From Calcarisporiella thermophila CBS 279.70 (Eukaryota; Fungi; Calcarisporiellomycota): 64,000 bases of DNA. Each line of letters starts with the position of its first letter. The stretch's first letter is position 1. A model generated the notes under the pieces. It saw only the letters and a program-made list of their open reading frames with translations. It did not search any database and was not told the DNA's origin. The stretch is from NCBI RefSeq assembly GCF_041956535.1, contig NW_027192217.1:178196-242195 (forward strand), in the 5' to 3' direction. A program made the translations under genes and the position numbers. Shown one piece after another: positions 1 through 13,233 of this stretch.

Positions 1-77
1 TTTAATGTCAACTTTCGTTTTTTTAATGGAAGAAGGGGATATTTTGTTTTTTATTTTATTTTCAAAGACAGAAATAG

Positions 78-2491
78 CTATGGCTGATACAAAGATTCAC
101 TGGAAATCATACGGCGGAACTTTTCGGGATCCAAATAGAATGCATGAAAAAGCTCTCGCCGCCGTTCTAAAACGCTTGTTGGAGCTGAAGCTTGAGTCAG
201 TTCCCGGATCTTTGGTTGAAGCTGCTTCACGTGTTCACTTAGTGTTCCTTGCAAATCAGTGAGCTCCTATGGAAGTGGGTGAAAAAGTCTAGCTAATATG
301 ATCTGGAATTTTTGAAAGGAAAGTAAGTTTTCATTTTACCTTGGGTGAGAGCAGCAGATTTTCAAGAGAGCTTCCTGGGTGTCGACAGAGTGTATTTACC
401 AGTGCCTGCTCCGTGTTTTGGCTAATAAAAGGGACGTGTATATATGTAAACGGACAGGGTACTACGGGAGAGTGAAGCGTTAAGCCAGTTGTTTACCTTT
501 GCTTAATGTTTTCCATCCATTCTTTGAACTGTTTGGATAGATCATTAGATAGCTGCTTCTCTCGCGACGAGAGTTCCGTAACACGCTGTATTAAGGATTC
601 GTAAGTCGTAAAAAGAGCAGGCATAATTGCTGAATCCCGTTTGGATATATTTTCTAGTAAAAAGGAGAACGATTAGACTATCCCATCACCAAGCAATAAT
701 ATCCCAAATAAAAGCACCACCTGAGATATTTAAATCCAAAATTTTCTTTATATGTAGAAGCATCGAATCATGGTGTCCGATGGTTTTGCGCTCCAGCGCT
801 TCCGTCAGGCGTTCGTCTTTGGCAATATTCTAAAAATAAGGTATATGTAGAACCGTGTAAAATAAATTTAGAAAAGCGGTAACCTCTCCAAAAAAAAACA
901 CTCACTAATCGAGTATCGACGCTCTCCTTTTGCGTATTCAACTCATCTCTGTATGCAAATATCCACCGCCGTAAGTGGCGTTGCCGATCCAGATCTACCT
1001 CAAAGGCAAGCTTAAGGAACTGCTCTCTCGCATTTTGGGCCAGAAGAAGTTCAAGAACCTTCATCATTGAAATATAAAAGAGAGGAGATTAGGATTCAGT
1101 CATAATTATAATTAAATTTTATCCACATTCGAACCTCGTTCATTTTCTTAGCATTCTGCTCGATCTCCTCTTCTTTGTTTGCATAATCCGCCCGCAGTAC
1201 AGGCATTCGAATTTCGAGGTCAGCAAGCTCCTCTAGAAGCAACGTTGTGCTCTCGCTGTCGGAAAGTTTGGCTATCTCGTTTTTACTATGGTCTATGATT
1301 CCTTGGAACTCATTTGTTTGGCCTCTGACAAATAGAGCAAAAATCAACTAAATTCCTTTTGAACTATCTTATGAGCTGATTTAACCTACCTCAAATATTC
1401 CATCTCGAAGCCTCCGCCTGCCTCAACTCTCGCATATTCCTCCTCTAGAGCTTGCAGGCGAGCAGTAAGAAGTTTATTTTCAACGGCGGCCTCAAAATAT
1501 TGCTTCCGGGTCAACGGATATCTATAAGGGGAACAATAGTAAGGTGTCATGTCTTGTAAAGCTTCAGAAAAAACCGCATATTCTCTATGAATGGCTTACA
1601 CATCTGTTAATCGTTCCAACTCTGAAGATAAAAATTCGTTCTGCGCGTCGGGGGACCTATCTGAATTGGTCTACGATTGAAGCATAAGTATCCTACATAG
1701 TGCCCGATAAATTGTAGGAAATTACCGGCAGGGTGAAATAGCGTTGGCACACTTGCTTCAGCTCACTAAAGTAGGCATTTTCCGCTTCTTGTACTTGTTC
1801 TAAATCCTTGGATGCTTGAAAGAGGAAATAGGGTGAAGCTATTCATATAATGTCAATAAGAATCATGTTTTAACAAGCAAATGCAAAAGCACCACCTTTT
1901 TGGCTGTCTTCCTCTATATCTGAAAGGATATCCATCATCCTATTTAATGCATCAGACAGAGTGGAATCTGCCTGTTAATAGCATCATTAATACACTGCCA
2001 GCACCTATTTAGCTACACTCAATCAAGTCTTTACTTTTAAAGATTCATTTTGAATTAGAGTATCTTGCTCCTGCTCTTTTTCATCTAAATCCAGTTTCGA
2101 CTTTTTCAAATTCTCTACTACCCCCTCCAGCTCCGAAAGAGTCCCACTTTAAAGGAATTAGTACTCGAAATACTCAGTACTCTCAAAATGAAAAAAAAAA
2201 GAGGTGTACCCTAATAACTTTTGCTGATTCTCTAGCGCTGAGGCATATTGTTCCAGTTCTAAGATTTCTGATTGCAATGATTTTACTTGGAGTCTAAGAT
2301 AAATGGATGAAATGATTCATGTCAATTAGTACAATCCAGGTTTATATAATTGTATACGCACTGAATTGAGTCTGAAGAGGCGTTGGTTTCCTGTGATAGT
2401 ATTTTAAGAGTGATATATTATATGTCCTGATCTAGTATAGGAGTATCAGTAATATAATTCCTACCTGTCGTGCTGATGCTGTTACTGGCAT
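78..2491 (-). CDS. HAUS augmin-like complex subunit 3 (HAUS3/AUG3)-like coiled-coil protein, multi-exon
   Basis: Spliced minus-strand exons give SSELERL..RKQYFEAAVENK, LLEELADLEIRMPVLRADY..LLAQNAREQFLKLAFE and C-terminal ERRRELFHAFYLDPEKF, matching HAUS3 motifs (ELQRL..EAQVEN, L.GDYDLK..QLARHQFLK.A, RELF..F..D). Stop TAG at 78-80; start uncertain (ATG at 2491). Confidence 0.7.
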
Positions 2492-3826
2492 GCTGTATTG
2501 AGTGTATATCAAACGCGTATCATACGCGCCTTAATTTTAGATCAATTTGGATATCCCATCACTTATCCCATTGTCTATCAATTGGCCAGCTTTCAGTTAA
2601 TAGTGTCATAGAAAGGATATAAGTAAGAAACGGCCTCCGTTGCTCAAGAAAAAAGAAGAGAAAGCTTGGAATTAAAGAAACTTATCCAGAATCGCGCCCC
2701 ATTGGTTAACGTTGGATACAGAGGAGACTTGTCAGAAAGCAGAGCTCGGTGAAGTTGAATGTTCGAAAGTTGTTGTTTACGAATCGGTGTTTACTTGAAT
2801 TACAAAATATTCTCTACCAGTTGTGCAGAATTGCTAGGTTGAAATGCTATATGACTATAACTTTGATGCGATCACATATATTAGTCGGAGAACACTATTC
2901 CTTTTCCTGTATAATTGGCTGCATTCATCTGCAAAAAACTCCAGCCATCTATCTCCTAGTAGTTTGTTTAGAATCTTCTAAGTATATATACCCTTATCTC
3001 CTCCCAAATATTTGCGGATATTGGAAGTATCACGTTCTAACCGGAAAAGAGAGAATCAAGTGAGAGGTATCTACCTAGAACGGAGTATTGTAAGAATGAC
3101 TGTTAGAGTGGTTTATTCTTCCTCTCCAAAGAAAGTTTGTCCAGATTTGCCATCATAATACATTCAGACACAATTATTTTATTATGAGTTGAAACGCATG
3201 TGGCCCGACTTTCACTATTTTCAGAGCGCCTTTCGCATACTTCTGGCATTAAAGATCTTCACACATGTTGAATAAGTTAGGTTTAGAGTTTAGTTAATGG
3301 CTAGGGTGAAGCACCATGCTCTGCCACAATCTGGCCGTACAGAAAACCATAGATAACACTATTACCACGTCCTTAGCCCTAGGATAAATTGGACTGCAAG
3401 GCAGGAGGAACACCCTGCATTCCTCCGCAACGATAGACGGACGCTCCGCTCGCAAGCTGGAATCCACAATAGTATGGGACACTTATCCCCAACAGAAAAT
3501 TGAGGATTCCCACGGAGAAGGTTAGAGCACAAGCTGATTTCATTGCAATCATAGTTTAGCTGTCACAACGCAGCGTCTTTCGCTTTAGTTTGTGCATTAA
3601 TTTATGCCCGAGATTTGCCACCTTTGTGGAAAATATCGTTCGACTTTACCTGGGGCCAACCAAAACTCGTCGAGCACAGTTCACTGCAACCAGAACTTCG
3701 GAATCTATCAAGGGCCTTTGTTGGCACACTGCTGCGGCCGTCTTTGCTCCCCCCACTGTACTCCCACCGTGCTCGCCCGCTTCCCTACGCAATTAACCCC
3801 ACATTGCTTCCTCCTCGGCCTCAACC

Positions 3827-5031
3827 ATGGATCTAGTGCTGGAGCTGTGCGATGGCTTCTTTCTCGACTCCCTCTATTCTCGGCTCTTCGCCTCCGAGTT
3901 CATGAGCAGCCTTGCTCCTTCTCTTGCGCAAGCCATGCTCTCGCGAGACTTTCTCCTGCGACAGTTTCTCTCGCTCATGCTTCTCGTCACTGTCTCAGCA
4001 TACTTGATTTACTTTCTTTTTGCAGGATTATCCTATCGCTACTTTTTCAACCATGAGCTCATGAGACACCCCAAATTTCTTAAAGGCCAGCTCCAAATGG
4101 AAATCGCAATGTCCGTACGATCCCTGCCGTATCTCTCCTTGTTTACCTGTCTTACCTTCCTTGTCGAAGTGCGGGGGTACTCGCTCCTCTATAGTAATGT
4201 CGATGAATTCGGCTTGCCATATCTCATTTTTTCGATATTTGCCTTTCTCCTCTTTACGGATTTTGGAATATATTGGTGAGCATTCCCTTGCCTCGTCCCA
4301 TGAATATAAATATTCACTGCATTATGCTAGGATCCACCGTGGGCTCCATCACCCCTTGATTTATCGACGTATCCATAAGGTATTGTAGATGGAAGAGCTA
4401 TTTGAGTTTTGGAGGCAAAGTGATGGGGTTTGTTGATCTGTGTATATATCCTGATAGCCTCACCACCGTTGGCTTGGTAACGAGGAATAATAGCTCTACA
4501 ATTTCTATTCATAATTAATCGCTCCAATGTTACCTAGTCCCAACTCCTTTCGCTTCCCACGCGTTCCATCCTCTGGATGGTTATGCACAATCGCTCCCCT
4601 ATCACGTCTTCGTTTTCCTCTTCCCGATGCAGCGTATCGTGTATCTTGGTCTCTTTGTGTTCGTTAATCTGTGGACCATTTTGATCCATGATGGTAAGTT
4701 CGATGGATCCATGGTCCCCTTTCCGACTAATCAGCTCACCCTCTTTTCAGGCGAATATTTCACAAACACCCCCTTCATCAATTCGGCCGCACACCACACG
4801 CTCCATCACCTCTACTTTAACTACAACTATGGTCAGTATTTTGTTCTATGGGACTGGGTCGGACAAACACATCGCGCCCCTGAGAAAGAATCGCCAGACT
4901 CATCCCTTGCTAAGCTGTGGACCAAGCAGGTCAAGGAAATGGAAAGCCTGCCTGAATATGACCCCAATGATGTTTTTCTTGAAAAGAGCAGGACGGAAAT
5001 TGCCTCCATAGCTGCCAAAAAGTCGCAATGA
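3827..5031 (+). CDS. ERG3: C-5 sterol desaturase (lathosterol oxidase)
   Basis: MDLVLE start, HPKFLKGQ, His boxes IHRGLHHP, HKPHH, ASHAFHPLDG, HHTLHH..FNYNYGQY across several exons. Confidence 0.95.
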
Positions 5032-5977
5032 TTTATCTAATCTTGGTGTTGCCTGTGTTTATGTTTATTTTAGTATATATTTCCAGGTCAAATTGTTAGC
5101 CTACAACTATCTCTTTGTTATATTCTTTTTTTTTTTATATTATTTTCCTCTCCAGATATAACAAATAAGCCAAATATGAAGAGAAAATAGCCGCTGCAAC
5201 GGGGCCTAATTCGAATTTTCAACTATTTTTTTTCATTCACTTAACTTGTATGATTTGGCTTCTGGGTCTCAATAGAGAAATGGGTGCTCGTGCTATCCGA
5301 TGTTTTTAATGTGTACTGCGAAATGGTTTGGGGTATACCTTGATTAAAGATAAGAGAACTTGTATAATGTACAGAAATTCAACACGGATATATGCACCGC
5401 GTGGTTTTTTTTTGGTCTTTAATGAATATAAGGGAGAATTTTTGAAGCATATTCGCGGTTATTTTTTCTTGATCATTCAAGCTGATCCCAATTTTACGCG
5501 TGCAATTTTGTGACGTTGCACGCGTACCCCACCCTTGCGACCGAAGCTAGTCATTTACTTTCTTCTCGTCCTCTTCTTCTCCATTGGCCACCATTTCCTA
5601 ACTCCAAATATCACTTCTACATCGGTTAACCTCGGATATTGCGCAAGGTCAATGCGGCCTATATTTCAACTCGATTTGCCGGTTAACTCTTTACTCAACG
5701 CCCAGTTGCGAAAATTGTAGCTTCGAATGGTTTAAATCGTTTCGTTGGCCACTGCTTATTACGTCTTGTTATTGTGCGGTTATTAGGGTCAGGAGCTTAT
5801 TGAACTTCACTCAGGTGCATTCTCAGACGTAGCATCTAATCCGACTTAACTAATTAGCTATTTCATTTCATACCCTTTTGGTGACACGAGAAGGAATATT
5901 CGTTCAACAATCCTCCACACTTATGTCTCTTCTTTGTGCAACTTGATTGTATATATATATACATATTACTGCCGACT

Positions 5978-7810
5978 ATGAATGTAACCGCCCCCACCCC
6001 CAGAAAAGATAATGTGCCATCGCCGATGGTGACAGCACCGACAAAGGATGCCGATATTCTCTCTGTTCAGAGCGCGTTCGGATTTTTAGACGCTAACTTC
6101 GACAAGGATATTAAAGTACACGATCTGCTGGCGGTGTACTCGGAAGCATTCGGTGCACGAGGAAATATTATAGACGAGGTAATGCGTTCATTCCTCCATT
6201 AGCTTGTGATTGTCATAAAGAAGAACTAGTGTCATTTCCTCTTGCAATTTATCCTGCGACGGGGGGAATTCTGGGATTCGTACTCGTGCTTTCGCTCTCT
6301 ATATATTATCGACTTATTAATTCTTGTCCCTTTTTTGCCAATTCTAGGAGATGATAAGCGCGTTGAATTCTATAATCGAAAGAAACAAATTGGCCTCACA
6401 AATGTCTGCCATCGAGGTGGTTTTCGAAGAACTTTCTCAATTCACTCAGCTACTAGGCTCAGGTCTTATCAAACCTATCTCCACGGTTGAAGAACTGACC
6501 CATGAGCAGCTTGAGGAATTCCTAGAGGAGCTAATGGACATAGGGTTTGAACCAACAACACTGCCAGAAGAGCCGACCCTAGTGGAAGAGGCAGAGAAAA
6601 GGGGGGCGGAGAGGGAGCTAGGTCCTCTGCATTACGAGTTCTGGAAGCAAAAATTCAACCCCACTTTCATCAAACATTTGATCGCCGGGGGAGTGGCTGG
6701 TGCGGTCTCGAGAACTGTGGTGAGCCCCCTAGAGAGGATGAAGATTTTATTCCAGGTAAGCAATCATCGTACTAAGCTTTGGTTTTTTTTAAAAAAAAAA
6801 GCATGTCTAACAATTCTGCAATGATTCACAGGTTCAGGGAACTGAACCAGCATCATACCAGGGAGTACTTCCAACCCTTTCCAGAATCTGGCGAGAAGAA
6901 GGTCTATTAGGGTTCCTACGCGGAAACGGCACCAATGTTATTAGGATTGTGCCGTATTCTGCTGTACAATTCGCAGCTTATGAACAGTTCAAACGGGTAT
7001 CATTTTGTTTTATTTAAAACCTTGATCTCCTATATTTATAGTTTGTATTGTCCTCATTCTCCTTTTCATTTCCAGATATTAATAGCGCCTGGAAAAAATG
7101 AGCTTGATACCCCTCGCCGTCTTGCTGCGGGTGCATGTGCAGGTCTGACTTCAGTTACGTGCACATATCCACTCGACATTGTGCGCACGCGGTTATCTAT
7201 ACAATCAGCAACAATCGGCACCCATTCACAAGATGTTCAGGCTGGTGTTCAACGACCACCTAAACTCCCAGGAATATGGCAGACCATGGTCATCATCTAC
7301 AAGACGGAGGGAGGGGTTTTTGCCTTGTACCGCGGCTTGGTGCCCACCCTTTTGGTAGGTTGCAACGTCACAGATGTTGCACAAGTGATGTTCTCGGATT
7401 AATGAATTCTTCTCTTCTTCTTCCGCTTTATTCGCCTATTTTAGGGAGTCGCACCTTATGTGGCACTAAACTTCCACACCTATGAGATGTTACGCAAGTA
7501 CCTTACTCCCCCCGAAGAACTTCATCCCTCTGTTCCACGGAAACTCTTATGTGGAGCACTCGCCGGAAGTATCGCCCAGTCCATTACCTATCCGCTAGAT
7601 GTACTTCGCCGGAGAATGCAAGTGACGGGCATGGCCACAATTGGCTATAAATACAAGGGGACTTGGGATGCTGCCAAAAGCGTCATCACCAACGAGGGGA
7701 TCCGTGGATTATATAAGGGGATGGTGCCGAATTATTTAAAGGTTGCGCCCGCCATTGCAACCAGCTTTGTCACGTATGAGTGGTGCAAGGAGATCTTGAA
7801 TGCCACCTAA
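5978..7810 (+). CDS. Mitochondrial carrier (SLC25, adenine nucleotide/CoA-type) with N-terminal degenerate EF-hand-like extension
   Basis: Three Px[DE]xx[KR]x[KR] repeats ([23 protein letters not shown]), [26 protein letters not shown]; N-terminal [18 protein letters not shown] segment. Confidence 0.9.
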
Positions 7811-8570
7811 TACCTCCCACGCGAGCCTTGTTAGTATTCGTTATTGAATCTTTCTTCCTTTCTATTTCCCTCTCTCAATCACCTCTACCACCACCTCCTC
7901 CTCCTCTCTCTATCCTTGCATGTTGCTTTCAAGTTGTTTTGCTTCTCGAGACTGCGACCAAGCAGAAATATATATAATTCCTCTGTTTCCCCTCTTCCCT
8001 CTTTTATACAAAATATCTGTAACTTTTACTTTTCATTCTTTCCTTTTATCTTGTTGGAGTCTTTCTTTTTACAACTCTAGAGATGTTACGCCTATTTTTA
8101 TCTATATATTTTGATGTTTTATACATACATACATGCATGCATACATACTTTTTTCTCTTTTTTTTTTCCACTTTATATATATTTTCTATATTAGATGGTA
8201 CATCCTTTTCTGGGATGGCTGACAAGGAATTCCTGCCATCCAGTTAAGTAAAGGGTCATACAGCGCGACTCGGCATTCAATATGAAACTTTTTACAAGGG
8301 GAGAAATATACATGGACCTCGACCTAGATCAAGGGAGGGGGGAAAAGTTTTCAAGCGCAAAAGAAAAATGGACTCAATACAGCAAATATAGATAGGGTGA
8401 AAAGGACAAGCTGGAAGAAGAAATAAACACCAAAGGGATATCTTGATTTACATATATACATGAACATCGCTCCCTATGTATATATGTATACGTGTTGTGG
8501 GTAGGAAGGGTGGAGGAGCTATACACTAAATCACATTGTTTCATATGGAATAAAAAAGACATTTGGCTTA

Positions 8571-10136
8571 TTAAACTAAATTAACGACGCCTCGAGGTAC
8601 GCTTTCTCGTTGCTCGGCGCTTTCCCGCTCCTCAACTTCCCCCGTCAAGTTCCGCTTACAGAGTGGGCACCGGGCATTTAACGGCAGCCAGTGATCCAGA
8701 CACTCCTTATGGAAATGGTGTCCGCACAACATTACCCTTAACACTTCCATATCCCTATAGGAGGCCAAGCATATCGCACAGGTTGCATCCTCCGGATTCC
8801 CGATCTCAAGATAGCCTGTGATTTCTTGTGAAGCACTACTCAAGGACGATTGGGGACGCCTTTCAGGTTTTCTTCTGAATATGCCCGATATCCACCGTAG
8901 CCGTTGACCATCGCGGGCGGGGTTGGGGTTGGGTGCGGCGCTTGGTGGCCGAGGTATTGAATGGGTTGAGGGTTGGGGCCGAGTTGATGAGAGGGATAGC
9001 TCTATGGAGGAGGCAGCATCTGTGTCGGGTGCTATTCTCGGTTGCTCTTCCCCTCCTGCCCCTGTGGTGGAGTCTGGGGCCCGATACCGCATAAGCGGAA
9101 TTTTCGAGATGGCATCGGGGGAGGCGCCCGTCATCCCCACCGCATCACCCACGTAGAACGACCACATAAGGATAAGGACGCAGGGCATACAAAAGATGAT
9201 CGCAGTCCACATCAGTACAGGTAGGGCAATCACGATGTATCCGAGGATAAGGACCTCAAGAGTAAGGTAGTAGAGAGGAGGTGCAGTTTCAACACAGGTA
9301 GTGGAGGTATAGAAATAGTAATTGCCGAAGACAAATAGGAAGGCACCAATGATATACAGAGTAGATTGAGATCTATCGGGGGCCAGGAAGCAAAACGGAG
9401 GGCGGATCCAAAAACTTTAGTCAATATGCACAGAAAAATGGAAAAAATCTGCTTGAATGCATACCGGTTCACAAAGAGAATAAGCCGCAATAGTCGGACA
9501 CTCCTGTCTCCCCGACGTCGATGCTGCTCGTTGACATGGCTTGCGACCTCAAGTGGGCATGCAATCATCGATCTTACTAACCACGCGATCTGAAAGGCTC
9601 GAAGAGGTTTGTCGCATTCTGAATTAGCAGTAATGGAAAGAATTACTATTGTTGCTATCGCCTATATGCACCCATGGAAAATTAGCAACCCTTCAAAACA
9701 ACACTGACGTCGGAATGAGAATAAACACCTGGCACACTGTTCCGATGACGACTATACTTAGAAATAGCTTGCTGCTACGCGAGCTTTGCCTAAAAGTGGC
9801 CGCAAGGTATTCGAACCAGTTACCTCGCACTCTCCGTGAGTTTTCTGTAGGAGTGAGCTGGAATGGTAGCCGCAATTGCTGGCGATCAAGCGTAGAGCTG
9901 GATACTTGTCGTAGGATTGTGTTGGGCGCATTGCGGTTAGAGGAGCTAGCACCGGCGTCGTGAGGGGAGGTTGTGTCGGATTGTGCAAGGGGATGAGATG
10001 TGGATTGCATTGTAGATTGCTGGGATGAATCAAGAGGTGAAGCGGAAGGATTCTGTCGATCGTGGCGTAAGGCTAGACCTTTGTTTGCGCCCTCTATGTG
10101 GGATTCGCCGGATTCCTCGTGGTGCTCTCTACTCAT
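8571..10136 (-). CDS. Transmembrane RING-H2 E3 ubiquitin ligase
   Basis: C-terminal CAICL..VLRVMLCGHHFHKECLDHWL..CPLCK; upstream hydrophobic exons. Confidence 0.88.
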
Positions 10137-10835
10137 AGCAAGAGAGAGATTGATGATAAGGGGGGAGAGGATGAATAATGTGGATAGGACCCGTATATGC
10201 GAGCGAGTGAATTTGAAATTATCTCTTGCACTCTTTCCCTCAGCTAGTTTTTTTTTTCTTTGCTTCTTATATGGCCGTAGCCTTTAGGATTCTTAGCCAA
10301 ATTACTCTCTTCGTGACTGTTCGAAGCGATGACAACTTGTCAATCGATATATAGCTATTTTGGTAATACGCCGTGGCTCATTGGCCAATTTTCCGCAAGC
10401 ATGCTGACCATCTGATACATTGTGTTTGAATATTGGCCCAATTTCTATTCATTTTAGATACCTTATCTAGCCCGTGTTTCCCTGTTGGCCAAGGGCCCTT
10501 GGGTCGAAAGAGCCTTGAAGCTACAGACTTTTTTTTTTGCATGGAGAATGCTTTGTAGCGCCAAACCGGCCTTGGCTGGCCACCATGCTTGCTGAGGTGC
10601 ATTGTTAGGCTAGAACGTTTGGTTTCGAGTCCGTGCAATTGGTGCACATGACTGAGAAGCGGAAAATTAAAACCCTTTTAGAGTTGAAGCATATTAACAG
10701 ATATATGAAACCAGGTTTAAATGGATTGCGTAAAGGAGGTAAGTATCAAAGCACAGAAAAGAACATATAAAATATATCGAATCAGAGATATACAAGGAGA
10801 GGAGGAAATCGGGGACGAGCCATGAAGCTCTCGCG

Positions 10836-12953
10836 CTAGGTGGGAACATGCCCAAACTCATCCTCCCTGATCTTCCAGAAAAGCCACCGTAGCCACTCGA
10901 ATGGGGAGAGAAAAGCGAGGATTCCGCTTTGTCCGTCGTTGTTCCAGGCCAAGTCCACAGACTGGGTCACACTGACTCTATAGAGATAAATGAAAATTAA
11001 TTTAACGCGAATGATAAAATAGCCCTTTTTAAAATTTCGAGGTTACCTAAAGAAAAACCACAATATTAAATACTCGATCATCAATACAATTGCAAGAGAC
11101 GCTATCGCAGTGCTAATATGCACCCCTCGAAAAACAAAAAGCGTAGGAGAATTGCGGAGACTGCGGAGATTCGCTTCCTCCTCCATACGTGCTTTCTAAT
11201 GTAAGCACATACAAAAAAAAAAAGGATAGCACAACATTAGTATTTATGCTTAATGCTTCTCAAAAAAGATTTGCCCCCTACTTTGCTTTCGCATTCACGT
11301 TTAAATTCTGCAATTTTTTCAAGCGAACAGCTTGTTTGTTTGTCGATTTCATCCTCTCGCCTTGTTTGTTCGATGAGGGCGTCTCGAAGAGCAAATAACT
11401 CTTTCTATCCAATCAATAGCAAAAATATACCTCAATCACCCTGTCTACTCTCTGATATAGCCGCTTAAGAATAGTTACTTACATTGGAATTTTCCAATTG
11501 AGATTGCATTGAGTCCATTTCCGCAAGTAAGTTACGATGTCTTTCGACCTCCTCAAGTTTGGCTGAGAGATACGCACTCTTAGGGGGGGCGCTGCAGATA
11601 TTAAAAAAATTTAGATATATCGTCGCCAATTTTACAAAGCATTTTACGAAATCATACTCGGTATTCTGCAGATCTACGGCAATCTGCCTCACACCATTCA
11701 AAGCCTCCACGACCAAGCGCTCTTCCTCTTGAACAGGCGCATTCTCCGACGCCATATCCTCAGGAACAGCTTTTTCCTTACTAAGGTTATGAGGATGGGG
11801 AATTGGCGCATTCACGGATTGCATTTTGGACTTTTTATTCTCATCTACTGATATTAGAAAGGGATTACGGGGATCAAATGCCATCACTAATGAAATCAAC
11901 ATTCCACCAAGACTCGAGGTTAGGTTCTACAACGTGTGGGTTATATATAGAAAAGACTTACTGCTCTCCAAATTTTTTGAGCGGATTTCCTCCTTGAGAA
12001 TATCCTCAAGAGGGGTATCGTCGATCATACCGCAGTTCTCCATCGAGAGCTCTTCTAAAAGGAGCTCATCATCTGAAACAGATTCTGTATCTGCCTTCTG
12101 CACAATTGGACTCGGTGGATCGAAAAATTCCTATATTGTTCATAATATTACAAAACAGAATACACACCAAAATGGCTTCCTATCCGATAAACTCACATTA
12201 TAGCTGATGCAGTTTTCAAATTTGTTCGTATTATTTGCAAGGATTTGGCGAGGAGAGGTCAGTGACGACGGTGACAGTGGTTTCGAGGATTTAGAGTGAG
12301 TCGGGAGTTTGGGTAGTGAGGATTTTCTTGCAACAACAGGGATCTGTGGAGGCTTGCCTTCCACCTATAAAAAAATTATTAAATAGAGGTGACTACAGCG
12401 GGTGTATATTTCCACCTACACTTCTTTTGCCGTTCCCAGCACTCGCTCGCTGTTGGTGCTGGTAAACTGAGGAATCGTTCGAGTCTACTGAGGAAGTATT
12501 GGAAGCTCGGCTCTGAGCTCTCTCTGTTTTTGACGTTTTCGCCCTTGGCAGCTGAAATCTATTGCCATTGGCGTTGGGGCTAGCGGATCTTGGGGAGGGA
12601 ATAGCTGTTGATTTCGGAGAGCTTGGTGTCGAGCTCTTACGCGGAATTCCAGACGCTTGCCCACCGCTAACAGAAATGGGGCCTGTAAAAGAAGAGCGGC
12701 GCGTAACCGTACGAGCCTGTTCATATATGCTACGGGCATCTTTTGCAGCATCGTTGTGGGTAGGACTAGTGGCTGAACTGCGACGCTGTTGTGCTATTGG
12801 GAGAGCACTGGAGGTGGAGCCTCGGCGAGTTGGAGTTGGTATGGAAGACGGAGTTGGGCTACGGATCCCAGTACTACCAGGGCCTGTGGGTGATGCGCGC
12901 CCCGGTGTAGGAATTTTGGAGATGGATGGGGCCTTGAAGTGACGAGAGGTCAT
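10836..12953 (-). CDS. Ser/Pro-rich, coiled-coil, tail-anchored membrane protein (KASH-like candidate)
   Basis: Chain of minus-strand exons; the last two splice to ...ISTAIASLAIVLMIEYLILWFFFRVSVTQ...WLRWLFWKIREDEFGHVPT*, TAG at 10836-10838. Confidence 0.65.
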
Positions 12954-13233
12954 CAATTATTATCAGCTAGGTATGCTCAACTTCCATCTCTTTATTGGTT
13001 TCTCGTAAATGCAGGTAAAATAAAACTGCGCCTCGTTTTTTTGTGGTACGCAATTTAGACAAAGAATACTTAAATTGATTGGAATCAACTCCATGAGCAT
13101 CAAATCTATATATACGTTTCTTCTTCATTCCTAGATATTTCGATATCCATTCACCTAGATCCTTGTATTCAGTTTTTTTATATTATCAACACCATCTTCA
13201 TGGAAGTGCAAGTGTTATGTGCCAGGTAGAATA

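Noticed and set aside
1923-2620. ATATCCTTT U12-type donor words on the minus strand (~1931 and ~2620)
   Set aside because: The first lies inside an in-frame exon; the second has no TCCTTAAC branch site downstream.
3604-4056. 150-aa ORF overlapping the ERG3 start
   Set aside because: Out of frame with ERG3 and without motifs; likely a chance ORF in a GC-rich leader.
8210-8243. Short hairpin ctgggatggc..gccatccag between convergent genes, considered as a SECIS
   Set aside because: Too short, lacks the AUGA/GA core and apical AA spacing, and no in-frame TGA was seen in nearby genes (thioredoxin is WCGPC).
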